Assembly (NCBI RefSeq): GCF_036321535.1
Contig: NC_087436.1
Coordinates: 82,708,001-82,772,000 of the forward strand
Length of the DNA: 64,000 nucleotides
Source: Camelus dromedarius
Taxonomy: Eukaryota
Direction of reading: 5' to 3'
In this document: piece after piece, positions 37,201 through 47,327 of the stretch
Layout: each line of letters begins with the position of its first letter
Position numbering within the stretch: the stretch's first letter is position 1
The notes under the pieces: model-generated
What the model saw: only the letters and a program-made list of their open reading frames with translations
Databases searched by the model: none
Told to the model about the DNA's origin: nothing
Made by a program: the position numbers and the translations under genes

Positions 37201-37859
37201 GACTATATTTGTCAATTGTGCAACTTCTGAAATGATTTCTGAGAACACATTTCTCAGTTCTTCACTAAAGAATGTGCTGATCTGGTTAAAAACATTAGGC
37301 ATTTTAACATCACAAAGTAAACCTTCAGGAAACAGGTTTTTAACAAAACAATTGAATAATCAAGTAATAGCATGAAATCTTCTCTTTGGTAACTAAAAAT
37401 TTGTTTCTATCTGAAAACACAAAGATGGTTAAAGGAAATTATTAAATAAAAAGTGAGATTAAAATGATCTCTCAGTCTGTCCATATGTAGAAAAGAGTAT
37501 TGTTTATTCCTTCCTTAATTGTGGCTGATATAGACAAGACAGCCCTCCAGAAATCATTATAGATTCCCTTTCCCATTCTTAGACATTACAATGGTTTGTG
37601 GCCCTTCAAAGCTCAGCAAAATCTGTCCAACAAAATCTTATTCCTTAGTATCCAACAAAGTGTTATTCCTTAACAAAAATCTTATTCCTTAGTATTTATC
37701 TAATACTATTTGACAAAATCTTATTCCTTAATGTCTCCTTAGGGAGACATTAAATTAAAGTAAATTTTTCTTTTTAATGGGCAATAAAAAAAAAAGGTTG
37801 AGAAACACTATGATAGATGGTCTTTCAATATTCATTCTTAACCAATCTGCCATTATTTT

Positions 37860-39300
37860 AAGACTATTTATTGGATAAATGTCCTATGTCAGGCATTGTG
37901 ATGAGTGGTTGGAGAGATGATGGTAAGTAAGATCCTGTACCTGTCCTCAAAAACTCCCAGTCCATCCAGAAGTCATGAGAGATAAGCAATCATCCCTAGG
38001 AGAGAAAGGTCATTACTATCATACGGGTGCTTTGGAAACAGAGGAGGCACCAATTTAGCCAAAGTGAAGATAGGGATCAGGACAGTCTTCTTTAGGGTGT
38101 GACTTCAGAACTGAGTCTTGAATGACAAGTCAGAGTTAGACAGACAAAGATAGTGTGTTGAAAGGCCCTCAGAAAAATACATAGTACAAAGGAAAGGAAA
38201 TGAAATACTTTAGTATGACTTGAGCTTAGTATGAGGCAGGAAAATAAAGGGGGTAGGGCTGTGGTCACATGAATGAGCCAGATCATGAAGAGCCTTCTCT
38301 GCAACTCTCAGAAGTGTAGATTTTATCCTGAAGGTATTAGAGCCATGGAGGATGTTAAGCAAAGATTGAAAATATATTACTGATATTTTAGAAAGTTTAT
38401 TTTGGCCACAGTGTGAGAAATGGATTGGAGAGAAAGACAATAATGAGGTTCTCATAGTAACCCAGCTGAGACAACATGACCTTAAGTAAGATAATTAGTA
38501 GGGAGGGTGGATGGAAGTAAGATTTGAGGGGTGTGGAATTGACAGGACCACATTGAAGTGGGAGGGGTAAGGGACAAATAGAAAAATAGAATGAAGGGCA
38601 GTTGGGAATTTGAGGTAATTTTGGAACTTTCAGGTGGAGATTTCCATTATAAGTTTGATAATATGTGTGACCCTAAAGCACAGGAAGATAATTTGTATTA
38701 AAAAACAAAAACAAAAAACAAACAGATGGGTAAGTGAAGACATGGGAATGAACGAGATCATCCAAAGAGACTCTAGAGAATAAGAGAAGGACAAGGACAG
38801 AACCTTGAAAATATCAACATTCAAAACATAGCTAGAGAAAGAGGAGTCCCTAAGAGCAGTTGAGAAATAGTAGGCAGGGAGGGATGAGGAAACCAGAGAA
38901 TGCAGTGCCATGCATGTGGTAGGGAGGTAGAATTTTTGAAAGAGGGGGAAACACTCAGCGGCATCAACTGCTATCAACACCACCAAGGAAAGTGACTGGA
39001 AAGTATTCATTGCAATTAACCAGCAAGAACTCATTGGTTAACCAGAATAAAGTCATTGGTAACCTTTATGAGACAAGTTTCTATAGAGTTATGGGGGCAA
39101 AGGCCATATCGCCTTTGGGTTGAGAAGGGAGTAGAAAGTGAAGAAATTGGGTCATTAAAAATGTTGACAATGCTTGAGAAACTTGACTGTGAAGAGGAAG
39201 AGAGAAATATCTGAGTAGCTGAGTGCGAATGTGTATGGATGAAGGATGGTTTTGCTTCTTTGTTTTATGAAAGAGCCTTGAAAATTAAATTCCAATGAAA
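37860..39300 (-). mobile_element. Long L2 element including an RT remnant
   Basis: Reverse complement near 38780-38810 translates FQGSVLVLLLFS (L2 PQGSVLGPLLF); purine-rich L2 text throughout. Confidence 0.75.
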
Positions 39301-39419
39301 AAGAGCCAATAGGGAGAACTAGATGGTAAAGCAGAGAGAAGTACCTGGGAAGCTTGTAGAGAGATCCAACCAGATTTAACCTCCATTCACTCCTAAATCT
39401 TAAATAGAAAAGGTTTGGA

Positions 39420-39555
39420 GGGAAGAGTATAGCTCAAGTGGTAGAGCGCGTGCTTAGCATGGGAGAGGTCCTGGGTTCAATCCACAGCAACTCCTCTAAA
39501 AATAAATAAATACACCTAACCCCCTCCCCCCCCCAAGTAAAATAAAATTTTAAAA
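39420..39555 (+). mobile_element. tRNA-Ala-derived SINE (vic-1-like), CTCAAGTGG variant
   Basis: gagtatagctcaagtggtagagcgcgtgcttagcatgggagaggtcctgggttcaatcc plus tail cctaaccccctcccccc and A-rich end; degenerate TSD GAAAAGGTTTGGA/GAGAAGATTTGGA (11/13). Confidence 0.9.
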
Positions 39556-40260
39556 ACGGAGAAGATTTGGAAGGAACAAATTCAGAACCTTTCCCTTGGA
39601 GACAGGAATCACATCACAGAGAACAGTCCACAAGTACTCCGTCCCTAGCTTACTACCTGCCGACCGCATTTTGTATTAACTTCCATCTTCTCTCTTAGAA
39701 AGGGCAAGGGATTAATCGCCACACTTCATTAATGTTCACCTGATATCAGAGGCTATGAGAATGTCCAGTCTCATGTAAATAACCATAGATGTGGTTTCCT
39801 GACTCCGTATATAGCAATTTAAATAGATACAGTCCTTGTCCTCTAGAAGCCCGCAATAAAAATCAGATGACATGGACACACACATCACCACCACCACTAC
39901 CACACAAGGACACAATATTATAGTAAGAGAGCATGGCGGTTCTTAAATAGGAATTCATATTAAGTACACATTTGGTATTTGTTTTTTCTGGCTATGGAAT
40001 ACATGAAAGTTTTGCTGGGAAATTGGGTGGGGCTAGGAAAAGCATTGAATTTTACATAAACAAGGGAGGCCTGGGAAGGAAGAGGGGAGGGAGAACTTGA
40101 CCAGATTATAAACCCTAAGGAAAAAAACCTGTCTTTGTGGCCCCCACCACCCAAGTTTACAAGAACTCAGTAAGCGATAGCAATCAACTGATTATATAAA
40201 GTCCTAGATCCAGAGACTTATTGATGGAAAAACTAGGCAAAAGTTGAACAGATAAGCCTG

Positions 40261-40528
40261 TGTTGTTTGTTTTATGAGGGAGAGGTAATTAGTTTTATTC
40301 ATTGATTTCCCCTTGGAGGAGTTACTGGGGATTGAACCCAGGACCTCTTGGGTGCTGAGCATGTGCTCCACCACTTGAGCTATACTTTTTCCCCTTAAAA
40401 ATTAATTTATTATTTTTGGTGGGGGGAGGTAATTAGGTTTATTTAATTTTGAAGGAGGTACTGGGGATTGAACTCAGGACCTGGTGTACGCTAAGCCTGT
40501 GCTCTACCACTTGAGCTATACTGCCCTA
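40261..40528 (-). mobile_element. Head-to-tail dimer of two vic-1-like SINEs within a single 14-bp TSD
   Basis: Two complete tRNA-Ala heads plus tails (junction ~40394); flanks AACAGATAAGCCTG (40247-40260) and AACAGGTAAGCCTG (40529-40542). Confidence 0.9.
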
Positions 40529-41569
40529 AACAGGTAAGCCTGAATGGGAAGCAGAATGCATACTGGAAATCAAATAATTATACGGGTATGACACCTTAGA
40601 TTGAGAAGCAAAGGGTCCAGTGATGAAGTATCAAAGAGCAACCAAGGCAATGGTGAGATAGCTCAGGAGAACACTGTAGATGTGAGGGGTGGTATCCCAA
40701 CTAGACACTACCTTTTGGTTTCAGAGAGAAAGAGTGGATGAGGTAGAAATAGTAAAAGGGTTTACTAGTAAATAAAACATTGGCATAGCCAGATTTTAGC
40801 ATTTTTCTGATAGAGAAGAGGAAATTCTGTCATTTATTCCAGAAAATTCTAGGTTATGAAGATTTCAATTAAGAGTTGTGAAGAAACTTCACGTGAAAAT
40901 CTGTTTTGAAAGTATTTATCTACTTCTTAGACTTGACTATTCTTAAGTCTGTATAGAGCATCTTGAAATATATCCTAGCAGACAAGAAGTAATAAACAAT
41001 ATTGGAAAGGAAAGCTGGGGTCAGACTTTTTAGGCTGAGAGAGTTTTACCCAAGTTCAAAAGCTAGCAAGAGACAGCACTTGAACTTCACCTCAATCTTT
41101 GATTCTAAATCCTGTGGTCACAGAATTTTGGGGAAGGGAAAATAGGCAACATGTCCACAATTAGAATATTACTACTACAACCTGGCAAGAAATAATGAGG
41201 ACTTGAACAAAGGCAGAGGCAATAAGAAAAGAGGGAGAAGGATGGTTCGTATGCCATCTAAGAGAATCAATTCATAACAACTCATTTAAATAAAGAAGAC
41301 CATCATCAAAATGAGATTACAACGAAGTGTTGTTAGGACAGCCTTGATTATTAAAAAAAAAAAATGAGTAAAGATCTGTGATTTTTTTCCCTAGCACTAC
41401 TCCTTAGAAAGAACGTCCCAATAAGCATGCATGAATAAAGGCAGGCAATTTAGATTAGGCAGAAGGCTGTTGGAAAGGATATATCAGGCTTAAATAACTT
41501 ATTGAAAATAAGAGATTACAGAATATTAGAAGTGGAAAAAGTCTTAGAAATCACTTAGTTCAATCATTT

Positions 41570-42150
41570 CCATTAAAAAAACATTGTATATAGCACTTCA
41601 AACACACACAAAAGCAAAGAGCATAATATCACAAATCTCCATTGACTTAACACCAATTTGATGATTATCAGTTTGTAACTAACACTTGTTTTATCTTTAT
41701 CCCCACCCCAAGAAATCTGTTTCATCCATAAATATTTTAGACTGAATTTGTAAAAGATGAGAATTCTTTTTAAAACATAATAATAATAATATCATCATAC
41801 CTGAAAAACTAACAATATTTTCTTAATACCAGAAAATGTCTGGTCAGCTTTCAACATTTCTCCAATTGTTTCACAATTTTCTGATATATGTCTGAAATCT
41901 TTTTAATCTAGAGTTTCCCCTTACTTCTTTTTTTATTTTTCTTGCTAATCAGATACAAGTCAGATACAATATGGCTTGTAAAGTTTCCTACTCTCTGATT
42001 TTGCTGAACGCATCACATTTTACATATTCTTCTGTTCCCTGTATTTTCTCCACTAGAGGCTTTATCAGATTCATGTTCTATTGTTTGGGAAGAATGCTTC
42101 ACAGGTGATGGGAGGATGAAATGGCTGGTTCTTTTTTGGTGTAAAAATCC
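41570..42150 (-). mobile_element. L1MC/ME-type 3' fragments
   Basis: ataatatcatcatacctgaaaaactaacaatattttcttaatacc...tttcaacatttctccaattg. Confidence 0.5.
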
Positions 42151-42329
42151 CTTTATTTTTAAAAGATGGATAAAATTGAAGCCTCCAGGGGGTTAGGTGA
42201 TTCACATATTGGTAGAACAAAATTTCAGTTTTTTGATTCTTAGTTCTCTACTCCTTTTAATACATCATATACTGTTAACAATTTGCTTAGTGATTATAAT
42301 ATACGAATTACTCTGCTATGTATTGCATG

Positions 42330-42800
42330 AGATATGGCTGCACCCATAAAGTTACCCAAGCCATAAATCCAAAAATCATCCTAGGCTTCTCCACTTCTCT
42401 TACTTCTACTAAGTCCCATTCATTTTATCTATTGAACATCTCTCTCCTTTGTTCCATGCTTTCTATCCCCACTGCTGCTGCATTAGTTCAGATCTTTACC
42501 ATCGCTTTCCTGGAACACTAAAAGAGCTTCTTAAAGCTCCCCTCCTCCATAACAATCTTGCCTTCCTCAACCCAGCTCTGCGTTATCAACAAAAGATTTG
42601 TCCAAACTGCAAATCTAAATATACTGTTTTCCTGCTTTAACTCATTGGCATGCTCTCATTTCCAAGATGGAGTCCATACTCTTTAGTGCAGCCTAAGCTC
42701 CCTCCCTCATCTGGTCTTTGCCTATCTGACTATCCTCATCTGTCCCTACTTCCACTCACTATATTCCAGTCTGTTGAATCATTGAGGTTTTCTAAATGTG
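42330..42800 (+). mobile_element. L2 fragment
   Basis: gttacccaagccataaatccaaaaatcatcctagg...tctatccccactgctgctgcattagttcagatc...ctcattggcatgctctcatttcc. Confidence 0.65.
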
Positions 42801-42819
42801 CAAGCAAGGATATACAGTG

Positions 42820-43030
42820 GTTATAAGTAGATTGTAGAATTAGATAGATGACTTTGATCCCTAGATTCCCCCATTTACTAGCCATGCACCCCAGGGCATG
42901 CTTACCATCACTGTGCCTCACCTACCTCACCTGTAAAATGGGAAGAATCTCACAGAATTGTTTTCTGTGTATGAAGGATGAGTGAAATAGCACAAATGAA
43001 GAACCAGCATGAGAGCACTCAGTGCATCCT
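42820..43030 (-). mobile_element. MIR SINE
   Basis: ccccatttactagcc...ctgtgcctcacctacctcacctgtaaaatggg. Confidence 0.75.
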
Positions 43031-44303
43031 AGATGGTGTCGGTGCATTTTTCTTATATTTCATTTCCTTTACACCCATTCCCAAGAATGTTTTTTCTTTT
43101 CCTTCTTGATAACGTCTTCCTTATTGATATCCCAGCAAATTCCCAGTCTGATGTAAGGGCCCAGCTCCACTGCTTTTTGTCATTTAGAATTAAACCTCCT
43201 TAATTCCACAGCACCTCTAAACATTGTAGAAATTTTGCTTGCTGTGCCCTAGGTCTATCTACACAACTGCAAAAGTTTTAAAGACAGGGCAAAGGTCCAT
43301 CTTATGTTTGGCTCTCCATGTCTGGGAACATTCACTTTCCATTGTCCTGGGTCAGTGGAAATCTCAATAATTCAAAGTTTGGTAAATGGAGGTAAATGGA
43401 ACTAAACTGATGGGGTTGAATTGAATTGAAAGAGCCTATCCAACTTCCTTTCTTATGTCTATATTTTCTAAACAACTTTTCTGTAACAAAAGATGATTTA
43501 TCCAAAGCATCTATCAGGTTGACTGGCACACACATTCAAAAATAATTTTTATTAGTTTTTGGTTTTTCAGGTACACTTCACAGTTAGACGAAGAATGAAT
43601 GACTGGGCAAAAAGAATATGCAAGCTATTAAGCTAAATTTCCCTTTGCAAATGAAAAAAAAATCAGTACTTTAGTTTATCAATCAGTTCCTTGTGGGTTT
43701 GGTTTTCACAAATCATTTCTCTAACAACAGATCACGCTTGCCAGCTCTAATTATTTTTTTCCAATACCCATAGGGAAAAAATTAAATGTGAAAATGAACA
43801 GGAAAGAAGTATACAAAAGCCCACGAAAATACCAGGTGACATCATTTACCCAACAGAAGAGGATCATATAAATAGATAGTTGAAAGAGGTTTATTTTACA
43901 AGGTAAAAAATGAAACCTGCCTCTCAGTAGTACAATCCTCAAAAATTCTAATTTTTATACTCAGCAGTATGTTTCAGGAAATATATTTTATAAATTCTGG
44001 CATTTAATGATACTAATTTTTGAGCCACTGAACCATATTTCAGGAAAAAATATAAAATAATTGATATTAAAGTATTGTTTATCAGTTCCTTTTCTTTATT
44101 ATTAATTTCTTTCTTTTTTTTTCTGAACTGATAATGTAGCATTGTATCTGATTACAGTAAATTTTCCTTCCTTTCAACATAGTGAAAATTTGCATAATGA
44201 TGAAATATTTAAATGGTTAAATCCTTTGCTATTTATTTTAATTCAAATCCAGCATATTATTATATATATTCAGAACTCAAACTGTTCATCTTCATCTAAA
44301 CCT

Positions 44304-44313
44304 TCAATTAAAT
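44304..44313 (+). promoter_or_regulatory. IBSP: IBSP promoter homeodomain (HOX/Dlx) site TCAATTAAAT, -200 to -191
   Basis: Exact motif seen, at the position recalled for the human BSP promoter when +1 is 44504. Confidence 0.75.
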
Positions 44314-44407
44314 TCCACAATGCAAACCTCCTGGCACTCAAGCCACAGTTCATGTTTATTCAACTGCGCCTGTGTCTTGAAAAAGTGTTGAAGTTTGGGG
44401 GTTTTCT

Positions 44408-44432
44408 GGTGAGACTCCACATTCTGACATCA
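44408..44432 (+). promoter_or_regulatory. IBSP: IBSP promoter FGF2-response element GGTGAGAC (44408-44415) and CRE TGACATCA (44425-44432)
   Basis: Motifs seen directly at -96..-89 and -79..-72, matching recalled human BSP FRE and CRE1 positions. Confidence 0.7.
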
Positions 44433-44449
44433 CCTTGGCCATGTCAGTG

Positions 44450-44481
44450 ATTGGCTGTGGGAAGGCGAAGAGGAGTTTATA
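44450..44481 (+). promoter_or_regulatory. IBSP: IBSP core promoter: inverted CCAAT (ATTGG 44450-44454) and inverted TATA (TTTATA 44476-44481)
   Basis: Both motifs present with the spacing characteristic of BSP promoters (-54..-50 and -28..-23). Confidence 0.9.
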
Positions 44482-44503
44482 GCCGGTAAGAGCAAGTGAA
44501 TGA

Positions 44504-44585
44504 GTGAGTGAAAGAGCAGAGGAAGTATTCAATCTGGGTCACTCACTCCTAGGAGCCTGCCTTCTCACTCCAGGACTGCAAAGGG
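44504..44585 (+). other. IBSP: IBSP exon 1 (non-coding); start approximate
   Basis: gagtgagtgaaagagcagaggaagtattcaatctg...gcctgccttctcactccaggactgcaaaggg followed by donor gtaaga at 44586; matches the recalled BSP 5'UTR. Confidence 0.85.
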
Positions 44586-46954
44586 GTAAGATTTATTCTG
44601 ACAACTTCATTATCTTCAAATCAAATACATCACATTTTACATCTCTGGACTTAGTTTTGAATTTTTAATTTAAATGTAGATATTAACACACTGTATAGAA
44701 TTGCTATGTAATTTAAAACATCATTAAACTTACTACCTCAGATTTTGGATTCTTTCCAAAACTCTCAGTTTATTAACCTATACATGTAAATAAGTTCTTA
44801 TCATGTACATAAACTAGAAAATTATGCTTCCTACTTTCCACCTCTGCACCCCAGACATAACTGTGTTTACTTATTCTGGTTCAAATTCAAAACAGCCTGA
44901 CGGAAATACTATTTTGCATTTACAAATCTGCCTCGATATATGCTGAATTCTCTGTCAATTATGCCTAATCTGTACTTCAATTATAAGCAATATCTTGTCA
45001 ATATGTTATATATTCAGTTTCAGTGTGTTAATATCCTATAGCTCTAAAATCAGAATGGAAAAGTGTACAGTACTAGGGAAATGAATAATGTTTTTAGTTT
45101 ATCATACTCCTCCCAATAAAAACTTGCAATTAGATTCTCAAAACAATTCTTTAAGAATGTTTGAATTGTTGTCTGGGTTAGTAGTGGGCACTGTGAGGTC
45201 TTTGCTTTTGATGAATCACAAAGTAAATAAAATGAGATTTATGTAGGCAGCCAATTGCTGCCTACAAGAATCCTTTGGTTCTCTTTATACTATTCCTGGT
45301 ATGTTTTTATGTAGTTGTTTTTATGGTTTGTTATGAGAAATTTTATACTCGGAACTCTTTCTACAGTTCCATGTATTTAAGTTTTTAGCTCTTTAAGATA
45401 TTGTAATTATTCCAACCTTTTTCATAAAACTGCAGAGCAATAGTCTTCCTGCTTGTTGTGGGCTGCATCACAGGTGGCCAAGTTCCAAATGTTATTCAGA
45501 GCACCCCAGCAGCAATGAAAGCTTTTTAACCAGATGGGCCCCCTTGAGGGGCAAAGCCTCTTTCTCCCCGTGTGCCCACCAGAAACTTTTACCAAAGTAG
45601 ATGGGACTGTAAGCAAGTTTGTAGGCATCAAAATCAAAAGACCTACTCAGCCACAGATAAAGTATAAATGAGTACCCAAGACAGCTTCTCCAGGCCTTAA
45701 GCCATACTCTGCTTAATGTTTAGAGTCAGACACTCAAAAGGAGGCAATAAATCTTGGCTAATGATGATAAAATGCAAAATCTAGCTTCAGGGTATAGTAT
45801 ATGACATGGGTTTCATGCATTTTAAATATTGCTTTTCCTAGTATGTTTATGGGGAAATAGTGCTTCTAAAACGTTGCCAAAGCTGTCACTCTGGAGGAGA
45901 GAGTGCTCTCAGTTAAATGTGTTTCTCAATGCAAGTGCTGGGTGTTAGCGGCTTTCAGCTACATTTGTTCAACTTCTATTCAAATAGGATTTCATCAAAG
46001 GGAATAAAATTAAGATAGGCTTTCCTATCGCTCTCCTTTTACCTCTGAGGAATCTATGTGGAGCTGAGATCTTTGAAGGCTCAAACCCCAGGAATGACCA
46101 CAAACTTTTCCTATTCTGAGAGCGGCATCTTTAATTCTTCCGTAGAACTGAAGTCTCCATCATGGCTCCAACCCTGACCTTGGAAAGCCCCACATTCATT
46201 CCACAAAAATCTCCCCCACTTATGATGGAAAGCTTAAATGGAGCTGGAGAACAATGTAACTTGAGGGCATTTGCCTCTAGTACCCCAAGATGAACTCTGA
46301 TATCTTGTCTCACAGAGTCATCCTTAAACATGGATACTGGGTACCACGTTATGAGAATAATATTTCATATATCATGGATCTTTGCACACACTTAAACAAT
46401 ATCAAGTATTCTAAGATATTCATTGGATAATGGCACCTAGTCTCCACTTTACAAATGAATTTTTAGTTCAAAAGCTATATAGAAGCTGGAAACTGCCTCT
46501 AGGATAATCAGCATAAAAGCTATCATTTGAATGTATTCAGTTTTTGCTTCGTTTTTCGTGTAAACAAAACAAACAGATGACATGACCACACTGCTGATGT
46601 TCCCGTGTCAATGATATTAGGAGACCTCCTTGCCCTACTGTGAAGGATTCAAAGCACTCAAGCCCCTGGCAGTGACGAAATGGCCTTCCACTGACAAGTC
46701 AGAGTGGAGAGGTTAAAACCAAATATGGAACTCACCATTATTCAAATAGATGGGTAAAGTCAGCCTTCCACCACTCAAATAGAAGGAAAAATGCTAGAGC
46801 AAAAGCAGAAATTTTTTCTAATTAGTCAAAACCATAACTGGACAAAAATGAAAATAAATTAAATACTTCATCTCCTAGTATGAGCAAAAAAGTTACACTC
46901 TTAGTTTTACGCATTAATTTTACCACCTCATTAATTCCAGAAGCAATCACCAAG

Positions 46955-47008
46955 ATGAAGACGGCTTTAATTTTGCTCAGCATTTTGGGAATGGCCTGTG
47001 CTTTCTCA
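46955..47008 (+). CDS. IBSP: IBSP exon 2 coding part: signal peptide MKTALILLSILGMACAFS (exon starts 46941)
   Basis: Acceptor ttccag ending 46940, ATG 46955, donor gtaagt 47009; 54 nt, phase 0. Confidence 0.98.
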
Positions 47009-47103
47009 GTAAGTTCTTTATTAAAAAAACATAGAGTTATTTCCAATTTTGTCTTTCTATATTTAAGAGAGAATATGTAATAATTAAATGCTCTTTTAAA
47101 CAG

Positions 47104-47154
47104 ATGAAAAATTTGCATCAAAGAGCCAAATTAGAGGATTCTGAAGAAAATGGG
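47104..47154 (+). CDS. IBSP: IBSP exon 3: MKNLHQRAKLEDSEENG
   Basis: aaacag acceptor and gtaatt donor; 51 nt; SIBLING SEE kinase motif. Confidence 0.98.
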
Positions 47155-47249
47155 GTAATTCATTTTTTACATACTTCCTTGGCTTGACTACATTTACCTA
47201 GATTTACTGCACATGAAACATGAATCTATCATTTATTGTGTTTATGCAG

Positions 47250-47327
47250 GTCTTTAAGTACCGGCCCCGATATTATCTTTACAAGCATGCCTACTTTTAT
47301 CCTCCTCTAAAACGATTTCCAGTTCAG
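47250..47327 (+). CDS. IBSP: IBSP exon 4: VFKYRPRYYLYKHAYFYPPLKRFPVQ (Tyr-rich collagen-binding region)
   Basis: atgcag acceptor and gtaagt donor; 78 nt; near-identical to mammalian BSP. Confidence 0.98.

Noticed and set aside
1-44000. DMP1 exons or another SCPP gene upstream of IBSP
   Set aside because: No acidic Ser/Asp-rich long exon and no signal-peptide plus SSEE exon pair found on either strand.
46880-47080. ORF extending IBSP exon 2 with an upstream ATG
   Set aside because: The upstream ATG is intronic (before the 46940 acceptor) and the 3' part reads into intron 2; artefact of unspliced translation.
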